DNA of 64,000 nucleotides from Squalus acanthias (Eukaryota), in assembly GCA_030390025.1 (NCBI GenBank), contig CM059431.1, positions 98,582,001 through 98,646,000 of the forward strand, written 5' to 3'. Made by a program: the position numbers and the translations under genes. The notes under the pieces were generated by a model. The model was not told the DNA's origin. It worked only from the letters and a program-made list of their open reading frames with translations, and searched no databases. This document shows, piece by piece, positions 1-11,245 of the stretch (its first letter is position 1; every line of letters begins with the position of its first letter).

Positions 1-1019
1 AAAATGACAGATTTCTTAAAGGGCTGAACTGAGCATTTAAAAACTGAGACTAGTGCAATTCAGTGGAATAAATTCAGATAAACTTGATTCATTAAAACTG
101 CCAAAGTAAATCAGCCATTACCTGTTTTGTACCACTAGATATCCCAAATATATTTTATAAATGCACCCTCAACCGGCCAAATCACATTAAAGACAGATTT
201 ACATTTATCAGGTCTGTGGGAAATCTGTTAGAACCCTTCACACAAATTACTTGTTTGCAAGATCCCAGAACCAGTGATGAGATGAATGGTGGTGTTGGTT
301 GAGGGAGGAATATTGACCAAGACACCAAAACTCTCTTGCTCTTTTACGTTCACCTCAACAGGCAGACATCTGAAAGACGGCACCTCCGACAGTGCAGCTC
401 TCCCTCAGTACTGCACTGGAGTGTCAGGCTCAGATTACGTGCCTTAGTCCTGGAGTGGGGGCTTGAACCCATGACCTTCTGACTCAATGGTGAGTGATAC
501 TGACTGAGCCACACTGACAAAGGGAAACTATTGTGTTGGTAAAAGGGAACTTCCATCAAGTCAATGGGAGCATCAATCGCTTTATGTTAAATGGGTAAAT
601 CCCCAAGACAATGAGCAGTGGGAGTGCCTTGCTGGCGGGGAGTGTAGATTGGAGAATCGTGACTACAGTACTGTCACCATATCTCCAATCTCGGCTGGAG
701 CTGCCTTGCAAAACAAACCCTCGAGTCTTCAAAGTCTTTGATAGGAAAAACAAGAAGAAAAATATTAAACAGTTCTCACGCTACCGTTTGCAAAGGCGGG
801 ACGTGTTGGTTCCTGTACCTCCTGTATCATTCACAGTTTGTGTGAAACTGTGGCTCTCGAAATTCGGATGGCCAGACTTTTATTTTCAAATCTCTCTTAA
901 CTGCCTCTATGGTGCTTTACAGAATCATTAGTCGGTTAATTGGAATCTGACCATTTCTCCCCCACACTGAGCGGGGTCAGTGTTCAGGGAATTATTTTGA
1001 ACAAAGTAGTGGCGTTTAT

Positions 1020-1450
1020 TTCTAGTTAGACCATACTTGGAGCACTGTGCACAGTTCTGGTCTCCACATTAAAAAAGAGGCACTGGAGAAGGTGCAAAAT
1101 AGATTTACAAGGACAATACCAGAACTGAGAGGTTATAACTATCAGGAAAGATTGAACAGGCTGGGGCTCTTTTCTCTAGAAAAGAGAAGGCCAAGGGGTG
1201 AACTGATGGAGGTCTTTAAAATTATGAAACAGTTTGATTGGGTGGCCGTAGAGATGTTTCCACTTGTGGGGGAATCCAAAACTAGGGGCCATAAATATAA
1301 GATAGTCAGTAATAAATCCAATCGGGAATTCAGGAGAAACTTCTTTACTCAGAGTGGCGAGACGAAGTAAGGTGGGAGGAGGCTTGTGTGAAACATAAAC
1401 ACTGGCATAGACCAGATGGACCGAATGGCCTGTTTCAGTGCTGTAGATTC
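1020..1450 (+). mobile_element. CR1 3' fragment; similar short copies at ~4470-4865, 7965-8410, 9003-9455, 10175-10436, 11680-11950, 17310-17760, 42325-42700, 48950-49290 and 58910-59310
   Basis: LGLFSLE.RR.RGDL.EVFKI and NFFTQRVV motifs; GGGCCGAATGGCC tail hairpin. Confidence 0.85.
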
Positions 1451-1924
1451 TGTGACACGATGGTGCTCCTGGAACAGGGCTGCCCACAACAGAAGCACAT
1501 ATTGCGAATCTGGGTGTGGAAATCGGAAGGGAGGCGCTCGCACGAGTTGCCGATGTGCGAGGCAAAAAGTTTACCCCGGGGGAAATTCGGGTACAAAGAT
1601 CAGCTCGTGCTACTGGGTGCAGGGACCTCCCGATACTCAGCCCTGGTGCCTGGTCTGCTTAACCAGAAATTCGCAAGGTTTAACCCTGTTTGAATTTTAT
1701 AGCGAGCTGGTTTTTGGAAGAGAATGATCAAGTTCGAATGAGTGAAAGGGAAGGTTTCACAAAAGGACCGATTAGCGGGAAGACAAACTAATGAAACAAC
1801 ATCTTCCTAGTTTCCTTACAATCCCCTTTCCCGCCCTGTCATTTAAACTTTGCTCTTCACCAATTGCCCCGCTTAAAAGCCGTTTACCAAACTGGTGTGA
1901 AATGTTTCAATAAACTTTGATTAC

Positions 1925-2089
1925 AGCTGGAAGGATACGATCCACTTGTCTGGGTAAACCCGCGATCGATATCTTTATCTCTGTTGTCCCGTTATCCGAG
2001 GAGAACAGACGCCCAGGACTGTTGATTTTGATCACGGCCTCCTGGGCAATCTTCACCGCCACACTGCTCTGTGTCTCTTCCACAGAGAT
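1925..2089 (-). CDS. PROS1: Protein S-like exon 11: LamG1 second part (ISVEETQSSVAVKIAQEAVIKINSPGRLFSSDNGTTEIKISIAGLPRQVDRILPA); gene continues beyond window start
   Basis: Aligns with protein S VSVEE...IKIAKEAVMDINKPG; 165 nt, CAG/GTAAT boundaries. Confidence 0.93.
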
Positions 2090-2297
2090 CTGAAAGAGAA
2101 GACATTCTGTGAGGTTCAGCTCTAGACACGGCCAGACATGCCATCAGTTACCCAGAACTCACAGGAGGAGAGAAGAATTGTATGTTGCTGTTAACACACA
2201 CCTCACTCCTGTGAACGTACAGGGCGTTGAGTTAGTGGGAAGACCCGTGAAAGAAACAGATAACAGAATCTTCATCCACTCCAAAAACATATGGAAC

Positions 2298-3067
2298 ATT
2301 GGCCCAGAAATTAAACACGGATGGTTCCCGCGGGGATAAGGATTCCCCGCGATATCGCACTCCGCGCCTACCTTTTTGCTCCGGGCCCACACGAACTTTA
2401 GTTTCAAAGGCTCTCTCTGTTGGAACCGTGCAGTGCTTGCGTGACCCAGAGACGCAATTAGTTCGTGCGAGCTCTGGGATCACGTGATTCAGTTAGAGCC
2501 AATGGCAGCACACCATCTTTCATTCATAGTTTTGACGGCAAGAGCTGTCAAAGCTATGAATACTACACCCCCCCAAAAGAACAGCTAAACCTCAATTAAA
2601 TTTAAAAAAAAGCCATCACATTAATAAAATAAGTATAGTTAAATAAATTAACCACTTTAAACAAAAAATTAAATTTTTGAAAAAATTTAAAATCTTTTTA
2701 AAAGTTATAAAAATAAACTTACCTTTCTTTAAAGTCTCTAAAAAAGATAAACCTGTTGAAAAAATTTTAAAATAACACTTAATTAACTACTTACCTTGTT
2801 AAAAGGGGGTCCTACGCCTGCTTTCTTTATGTGTAAAATCTTCACCACTTACCTGCGCGTTCAAAGCTGAAAAAAAACCTAAGTGCACTGCGTGCGCACA
2901 GCCTGTAGCGCGCACGCGGTTCACTTAGGAACCGCCCCCTTTTCAATTCACGAAGTGCCGGTTTCCCGCGCATGCGCAGTGCATGCAGGAAACCGGCAAT
3001 TCGGGATCTAATACGCGAGAGTACACAGTGCGTACTCTCGCGTATTAGGTTCAATTTTCGGGCCAAT
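2298..3067. mobile_element. MITE-like element with imperfect TIRs and internal hairpins
   Basis: ATTGGCCCAGAAATT versus reverse-complemented right end ATTGGCCCGAAAATT; CpG-rich ends around an AT-rich core. Confidence 0.7.
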
Positions 3068-3580
3068 CTGTATTTAATAATAGCCCAAAACAATAATATG
3101 AAAAAAATATTAGCATTTATAAATGCGCCTTTCATGACTTCAGGACGTCACAAAGCCCTTTACAGCTGATTAAGTACTTTTTAAAGTGCAGTCACTGTTG
3201 TAACGCAGCAGCCAAATTGTGCACAGCAAGATCCCACAAACAGCAATGAGATAAAAACAACAGATTATCTGGTAATTTAAGTGATGTTGGTTGAGGGATA
3301 AATATTGGCCAGGACACCGGGAGAACTCCCCTGCTCTTCTTTGAAATAGTGCCATGGGACCTTTCAGAGCCACCCGAGAGAGCAGTCAGGGTCTGAAAGG
3401 GTGGTGGAAGCAGATTCAATAGTAACTTTCAAAAGGAAATTGGGTAAATACTTGAAAAGGAAAAATTTGCAGGGCTATGGGGAAAAAGTAGGGGAGCGGG
3501 ACTAATTGGAGAGCTCTTTCAAAGAGCCAGCACGATGGGCCGAATGGCCTCCTGTGCTATAAGATTCTTTGATAACTTAC

Positions 3581-3773
3581 CGTGTGCCAGATCCCATCGT
3601 TAATCAATGGCCCCCCACTGGTGGTCACCTTGGGGATGCGCTCATTCTTGAACTGAACTTCCAGCTTTCCGCCTCGAACAGCACACATGAACCAGGCTGC
3701 TTTCTCATTGGTTTCGGCGTAGACTATAACCCCTTCGGAGTCGTACGTCCTAAGGTCAAACTCTGCCGTGAAC
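3581..3773 (-). CDS. PROS1: Protein S-like exon 10: laminin G1 (FTAEFDLRTYDSEGVIVYAETNEKAAWFMCAVRGGKLEVQFKNERIPKVTTSGGPLINDGIWHT)
   Basis: LamG motif AEFDxRTYDSEG; 193 nt, CAG/GTAAGT boundaries. Confidence 0.95.
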
Positions 3774-5117
3774 CTGCACAACAACATAAAAGAATGGCGG
3801 TGATTAGCGAGGAGCTAAATTATTTGGCACTCGCCACTATTGGAAGAAGAACAAGGGAGCTCTCCCCAGTGTCCTGGGACCAACATTGCTGTTTGCGGGA
3901 GCTTGCTGTGCACAAATTGGCTGCCGCGTTTCCCTACATTACAACAGTGACTACGCTTCAAAAGTACTTCATTGGCTGTAAAGTGCTCTGGGATTTCCTG
4001 GAAAGTGAGAGCGCAGGAAGATAAAGGCATCACAAAGACCAATTGTAAATCCTACTATTGAATTAAACTGTGCTCTCAAATGGTTAAATTCACAGGACAC
4101 ATCGGATGGATTAAGATTCCGATGGAGTGCCTGAAGCAGCCTTCAGGCAATGAAAGTTAGTTTGGATATTTCAGTGATTGCTGACAAGCATTCCAGGTGA
4201 GATTATTCTATCCATTTGAGCTCATCAATGATAGTTGCCAGGATAGACTGATGATATTCCGGGGTCAGAATTAACAAAGAGACAGAATATCCCATGTTGA
4301 GAGGCAGTCAGATTTTTAAACAGAAAGGCGCGAGGGCAAGCTTTCACCAGACTTGAGTTGTTAGAATGGAGGACAGTTAAAGTTTGTTTTCTTAAGTCAA
4401 TCAAGACGACCCACTGATGTTGGGAAGCATAGCGTGTTCATTGCTTTGTATTATTAAGTAAGGACAAGTTCATAGAATCTTACAGTACAGGAGGCCATTC
4501 GGCCCATCGTGCCTGTGCCGGCTCTTTTAATGAGCTCTCCAATTAGTCCCACTCCCCCTGCTCTTTCCCCAGAGCCCTGCAATTTTTTTCCCTTCAAGTA
4601 TTTATCCAATTTCCCTTTTGAAAGTTATTATTGAATCTGCTTCCACCGCCCTTTCAGGCAGCGCATTCCAGATCACAACAACTCACTGCGTAAAAAAATT
4701 CTCCTCATCTCCCCTCTGGTTCTTTTGCCAATGACCTTCAATCTGTGTCCTCTGGTTACCGACCCTCCTGCCACTGGAAACAGTTTCTCCTTATTTATTC
4801 CAGCAAAACCCTTCATGATTTTGAACACCTCTATTAAATCTCTCTTTCACCTTCTCTGCTCTAAGGGGTGTGGTGCCCAGAATTGGACACAATACTCGGA
4901 ATCTGATTATAACTCTATGGTCACTCGCTATGAGATAGTAACTTGTATCTGGTCTTGTTTGACCAAGTGTTTTCCAAAACCACCTCTGATGAGACTGGAG
5001 AGGCACGTGGGTGCACAAGGATAGAAAATGACCCATCAAATATCTGGTGGTTCATTTTAAAAGCGAGCTCACATGCCTCAGACAGAAAGTGTCATCACAT
5101 CAATCCCTCACCCTCAG

Positions 5118-5194
5118 CACTCTCACAGTATCCCACCACTCTCACAGTATCCCACCACTCTCACAGTATCCCACCACTCTCACAGTATCCCACC
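5118..5194. repeat. 19-bp tandem repeat (CACTCTCACAGTATCCCAC) x4
   Basis: Exact tandem units. Confidence 0.9.
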
Positions 5195-5270
5195 TTCACA
5201 ACTCTTTCCTGAGCTTAGCGCCGTATCACGAGGCTAATTAGAGTTCAATTGTACAGTGCCAGAACTTCAC

Positions 5271-5389
5271 CTGCTGTCTGCGGGAATCTTGAACCTAAGG
5301 TAGACCACAGGAATTCCAGCAAAGAGCTCTCCCATGTTCAGAACGTCCGACTTCCTGGTGGTCTGGAGGGCGACGCATGTAGGGATTTC
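5271..5389 (-). CDS. PROS1: Protein S-like exon 9: start of SHBG-like region (EIPTCVALQTTRKSDVLNMGELFAGIPVVYLRFKIPADSR)
   Basis: Homologous to the PROS1/GAS6 EGF-LamG linker; 119 nt, CAG/GTGAAG boundaries. Confidence 0.9.
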
Positions 5390-5673
5390 CTGGTAGACAG
5401 CAAACCACCCGTTAACGTGTGCGAATAATTAGACATCAAACATATTTCCCTAATACCGTCCCCACCACTCCCACCGGCCTCACTTATCCCAGACAGCCAC
5501 CGAGAACGGGCAAATGGTGTTGACCGTTTCTCATCGCCACAGGCGTCAATTACAAATGCGCCGCTTAAAACCGCAATAAGCGCACCGACTATTTCGGGAA
5601 TTTCAAGCAGCTGTTCAGGGTCACTCCCCGCTCGACCCCCATCCGATGCCTTGCACCCCACAGCACTGGCTTA

Positions 5674-6317
5674 TTGGCCCAGATCTTGCTGGCGTGGGGC
5701 ATCGCGCGGTGTGCCCCGTTAGTTACACTTTCCCCTCACCCTCCAGCTCGAATATAATTTACCCTGTAACTCGCTGGGAGTGCGAGCTGATAACGGGGCG
5801 GCGAGGGCAACGGGGAATCTGGGACCTCGGTGAACGACGGGACCAACAGTCTGTCTCCTCAACCACTGAGAGTACAGGATTGAGAAAGAAACAGAGGAAC
5901 GACGGAGAAGGAAATCGGGTGAATTAGAGTCAAATCAGGTGCAGAAAGAGAAATAAAGAGAGGGAAAGAACAATTGACTACCTGCAGGAATGAGACTCCG
6001 CAGTTTCAATTGTTCCCTTTCTGGGCCGGAGAGGTTGAGTGGCATCGCAGGATCATAAATCTCCTCACCAGCCCTAACTTTCTGTGGCAAGTTTAATGAG
6101 CAATTAATGTGCAAATCCAGCAAGTTCTTAAAACTAACGGGGAGGCTGAGGGCGAGATGCCGCAAACAGGGGAGCGGCGTAAATCGACCAGCAAGTTCTG
6201 GAGATTCGTAACTCACGCCGTATCTCCTCATCCCCCTGAACTCGCTGGCTGATTCACGCATTAATAACGGCGTGCGTCGCGAACACACCGTTACTGTTCC
6301 AGCGAGACCAGGCCCAT
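5674..6317. mobile_element. MITE-like element with degenerate TIRs
   Basis: TTGGCCCAGATCTTGCTGG versus reverse-complemented right end ATGGGCCTGGTCTCGCTGG. Confidence 0.55.
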
Positions 6318-7314
6318 TGTATTTGAATCACCCATTTATTAAATACTAATTTCAGAAACACACGCACAAATATGACGGCAGCAGTTCAGGAACTTGGAAA
6401 TTTGACCAGGGTGTATTGCAGGACTTTCCCCTCTTAAAAGACGTCATTCGGGACTGCGATGGATTTAGTGTCCACCACATATAGCAAGCAAATCGCCTCA
6501 GCACGAACTCACCTGCTGTATACGGCGGGGGCGGTGATAAAAAAGTAGACACGCAAAGTGACACCCACAGTATCCAAGAACCCAAATACGGCTCAGTCAG
6601 GTAGTGTCATGACGTGGCTGCCATCTTGCCAAGGTCGACAATGGCTTTGGCACAACCAGATGTTTCTTCATGAACATCAGTCAATCGATGTTCCGGTTTT
6701 GTGAAGACTGAGCTGCTTTGTTTTTAAACTGTGTATTACTCAAGAGGACAATTTATACACATCACAGATGGTGTTAGCATCATGGGGAGTATAGCCTATG
6801 TCATCCAGTCACACCCGTGCCAACTGCTGGCTCAATAGGGAACTGGGTGCTGGGTGGTGCAGTGCATTAGACAATGGCATTGTGCTGCTGGGGCCTGGGT
6901 TCAAATCTAAACCAGATCGATGGGATGGTCGTCTCGTCTGTCTGCTGGTTACAGGGGTCTCAGTTCAGTCCCTCGTGGGCCTGAGCACAAAACTGTCCTA
7001 AATTGGGAAGTGACTCAGAGAGGGAATTGCCACACTAGTGCAGGCACCAGATGCTGGGTCTCAGAGTCCAGCTGTACTCTGCATCTGCATGCTCAAAATG
7101 GGAAGAACTCAGGGGAGATCTCCCCGGTGTCCTGGTCAATATTTATCCCTCAACCGTCATCATCAGATTGTTGTTTGTGGGAGCTTGCTGTGCGTGTTTC
7201 CTACATTACAACAGCGACTACACTTCAAAAAGTACTTCATTGGCTGTGAAGCGCTTTGGGACGTCCTGAGGTCGTGAAAGGCGCTATATAAATGCAAGTC
7301 CTTCTATTCTTTAC

Positions 7315-7436
7315 CTGACAACTCCGCCCGTCCGCGGATAACTTCTCCCCTTTCTTCCCATCACAGAAGCAGGTGTAGCTGCCGGGGGAATTCACACAGG
7401 TGTGTGTACAAGTGTTCTCAGCGCATTCATCGATAT
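7315..7436 (-). CDS. PROS1: Protein S-like exon 8: cbEGF4 ([41 protein letters not shown])
   Basis: cbEGF consensus with CDGKKG motif, 122 nt, TAG/GTAAAG boundaries. Confidence 0.94.
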
Positions 7437-8597
7437 CTATTTAGAGAAGACCAAACTTTGGTATTTTTTGTCTCAACTCGTTCTTCATAACAAAAAAATA
7501 CTCCCGACTCAAAAAGCTAAATTCACAGAAATGCTGAACTCCAGGAAATAAAGCACGAAATTACTCAATAAGGTTTGCAATTTCTCCCCATGTTTTCCTG
7601 CGAACATATTCTGACACACTGCAATGGGAGCGCCGATCCGAGAATCGGGCAAGGGGCACAGGAGGTGTAATGGTTGTGGTTTAGGACGAGCATCCCACGG
7701 ATCCAGAGTTCAAATCCCACCAGAGCAAGTTCGGAACTGAATTCCAAAAATTTGCTACTTTGTGGGCCGACACTGGAAATAAATGATCCGGAAAAAAAAT
7801 GCCATCAATAACCAACTGGTTCACTGATGTCCTTCAGGGAAGAGAACCTGCCGTCCTTGGCCGGTCTGGATTACACGTGACTCCAGTCCCATGCTAGGTA
7901 GCAAGACACTCAGTTATACAAACAATCGCCATGAAAGGTGGCCCACCACCACCTCAGGACAACTAGAATCTCACAGCACAGGAGGAGGCCATTCGGCCCA
8001 TTGTGCCTGTGCCGGCTCTTTGAAAGAGCTCTCCAATTAGTCCCACTCTCCCCTGGCTCTTTCCCCAGAGCCCTGCAAATTTTTCCCCTTCAAGTATTTA
8101 TCCAATTCCTTTTTGAAAGTTACTATTGAATCTGCTTCCACCGCCCTTTCAGGCAGCGCATTCCAGATCACAACAACTCGCTGCGTAATAAAATTCTCCT
8201 TCCCCCCACCCCCTCTGGTTCTTGCCAATTTCCTTCAATCTGTGTCCTCTGGTTACCGACCCTCCTGCCACTGGAAACAGTTTCTCCTTATTTACTCCAT
8301 CAAAACCCTCATGATTTTGAACACCTCCATTAAATCTCCCCTTAACCTTCTCTGCTCTAAGGAGAACAACCCCAGCTTCTCCACATAACTGAAGTCCCTC
8401 ATCCCTGGTAACCGGGGACGGGCAATAATTGTCGGCCTTGCCAGTGACGCCCACATCCCGAGAACAAATGTGGGAAAAAAATAGCTCACACATGGGTAGT
8501 CCCACGGTGGGAAGAGGAAAGTAAAATTAGTTTAAACTTGGCTGCAATACACTTGGCAAGTTGCTGTGGTTTTGAGAAATGTGCGCTCAGCTCTCAC

Positions 8598-8723
8598 CCT
8601 TGCAGTCTTTCATGGTGGAATTGAAGCTGTATCCGTCGTCGCATTTACACTCGTAAGCACCGGGCAGATTGACGCAGGCTGCTTTCCCACAGACGTATGG
8701 TCGCAGCAAACACTCATTCCGAT
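8598..8723 (-). CDS. PROS1: Protein S-like exon 7: cbEGF3 (DRNECLLRPYVCGKAACVNLPGAYECKCDDGYSFNSTMKDCK)
   Basis: cbEGF consensus, 126 nt, CAG/GTGAG boundaries. Confidence 0.94.
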
Positions 8724-9779
8724 CTGGGATGTTCAGAGAAAGAAGAACAAGTCAGAAGATAAGAATGAAAGAACTCGCCTTTATGCAACGCCTTTCATGA
8801 CGTCTCAAAGCATTTTGCTGAAGTACTTTGTGAACTGTCGTTACTGTTGTAATGTAGGAAACTCTGCAGCTAATTTACGCACAGCAAGATTCCACAAACA
8901 ACAAATCGGAGACGAGGCTCCCCCTCCGAAAATCAGACCCAGCAACTTAACATCCATAATTCGTACACGCTCCAACTGAGTGGGTGGAATCTGGCTGTGC
9001 TTTCATAGAATCGCACAGCACAGGAGGCTGCCATTCAACCCATCGTGCCTGTGCCGGCTCTTTGAAAGAGTTCTCCAATTAGTCCCACTCCCCCTGCTCT
9101 TTCCCCAGAGCCCTGCAATGATTCCCCTTCAAATATTTATCCAATTCCCTTTTGAAAGTTACTATTGAATCTGCTTCCACCGCCCTTTCAGGCAGCGCGT
9201 TCCAGATCACAACAACTCGCTGTGTGAAAAAATTTTTTCCTCATCTCGCCTCTGGTTCTTTTACCAATTACCTTCAATCTGTGTCCTCTGGTTACCGACC
9301 CTCCTCCTAGTGGAAACAGTTTCTCCTTATTTACTCTATCAAAACCCTTTGTGATTTTGAACACCTCTATTAAATCTCCCCTTAACCTTCTCTGCTCTAA
9401 GGAGAACAATCCCAGCTTCTCCAGTCTCTCCACATCACTGAAGTCCCTCATCCCCAGCATCAACAACAAATTGTATTTATACAGCGCCTTTAACCTAGTA
9501 AAACGTCCCCAGGCTCTTCAGCGAAGCGTTTTCAGACAACATTTGACACCGAGCCACATGAGGAGATAATAGGACAGGTGACCAAAAGCTTGGTCAAAGA
9601 GGTAGGTTTTGAGGAGCGTTTTAAAGGAGGAGAGAGAGGTGGAGAGGTTTAGGGAGGGAATTCCAGAGCTTAGGAAATCTAGCAAACTAGGACAGGGTTT
9701 GTGAAGAAAATGCAAAACCCAAGTATGACACAGACACACACACACTACTGGTCTAACTGACTTGTGGCGTGTTTCTTAC

Positions 9780-9911
9780 CAACGCAGGTCCGCTTATCTG
9801 AATGGATATAGAACCCGTCCTGGCAGAAGCAACGATAGCTCCCAGGCACGTTGTGGCAGGAATGGTTGCACGCTTTCTCCTCCAATGCTTCAGTTTTGCA
9901 TTCGTCTATAT
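9780..9911 (-). CDS. PROS1: Protein S-like exon 6: calcium-binding EGF2 (DIDECKTEALEEKACNHSCHNVPGSYRCFCQDGFYIHSDKRTCV)
   Basis: cbEGF consensus, 132 nt, TAG/GTAAG boundaries. Confidence 0.94.
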
Positions 9912-10436
9912 CTAAATGACACAAGTTAAGAAGCTGTAAATTTGTATCTGACACAATAACCAAACATTGAGCAAATTAGGGCTTAAAAAAAAACTACAAC
10001 AAGGTATTTTTCAAAACATTAAAAAAAATATCTGGTAAATAGTTTGTTACTCAGCACTGGTCAAACTAGGGAAACATAATTAAACATTCACAACATGTGT
10101 GTAAGGGGCCTTCAATTATCCGTCAATATCCATCACCCACCAACGTCTTGTGGGGGTTGTCCCTCCATTATGGTTGGGAATGATTGGTAAACGAACCAGA
10201 GGCGACATGAGGAAAAACTTTTTTACGCAACGAGTGGTTAGGATTTGGAATGCGCTGCCTGATAGGGTGGTGGATACAGATTCAATAGTAGCCTTCAAAA
10301 GGGAATTGGAGAAATACTTGAAGGAGAAAAATTGCAGGGCTCTGGGGAAAGAGCGGGACTAATTGGAGAGCTCGTTCAAAGAGCCGGCACAGGCACGATG
10401 GGCCGAATGGCCTCCTTCTGTGCTGTGTGATTCTAT

Positions 10437-11245
10437 GGGGGCGATTTTGTCAATGGGGGCGTGTTGGAGGCGGGACTGTTGCTTGGCAGGTCAATGTCCC
10501 GCCTCCATCGATTTGTGGCCAGCCCATGCTATTTTCCCTTGATTGACCTTGTTAAGCCCACCCAGCGGGCTTAGCAGGCCAATTAAGGGAAAGCCGGTTG
10601 CAAATTTTTGACAGATGTATTGTCATCATTTGACAGCTCTGTGAAGCTGTCAGACAGTGACATTCTCTGTAGTTTGATGAGTTCTTGAATTCAAGACCTC
10701 ATCAAACTTCTTTCTTTTACAGAAATGAGATGGTTGTTGCATTTGAGAATGCAACGGCCATCTGTCATCTGCAACACGGAGGTCCGACACTCTCCGCATA
10801 CACACCGACTGAAGCCTGCAGGGAGAAACAAAGGTAAGTACACTTTTACTAACACTTTGCACTGACCTCAGATACTCACCTCTCCACACTTGCACCCATC
10901 ACTCGCCTCCACATCACACTTTTGCATCCCGCCCGACCCCCGCAGATCCAGTACTCGCCTCGCTGAGCTGGCGGGTTTTGGAGCCTTCAGGAAGCCCGCA
11001 CTTGAGGGCAAAAAGGGGATAATCCTATTTTCTGCCTGTTAACTACCTGTTAACAGGCAGTTAATAGGCTTTAATCCCTTCCCGCCTCCAAGGAAACAGG
11101 ACCCGGCGCGGGACGGCTACCTGCCTCCTGGGAAGATGGCATGGAGGCGGGTTGGGGGGAGTTGGGCACCCGCCCCCAAATTCTGCCATTTTCCCGGCAG
11201 TCCCGCCTCCATACCCGCCTCCCCAAGGCTGGCAAAATCGCCCCC
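10437..11245. mobile_element. MITE-like non-autonomous DNA transposon (possibly PIF/Harbinger)
   Basis: Perfect 13-bp terminal inverted repeats GGGGGCGATTTTG / CAAAATCGCCCCC; flanked by TAT and TAC. Confidence 0.8.

Noticed and set aside
1..1924. Exon 12 of the protein S-like gene (expected INPRLDGC motif)
   Set aside because: Not found by inspection; presumably lies beyond the window start.
10650..10895. Possible Myb/SANT remnant (CKRKKFDEV) inside the TIR element
   Set aside because: Too short and degenerate to support without a profile search.
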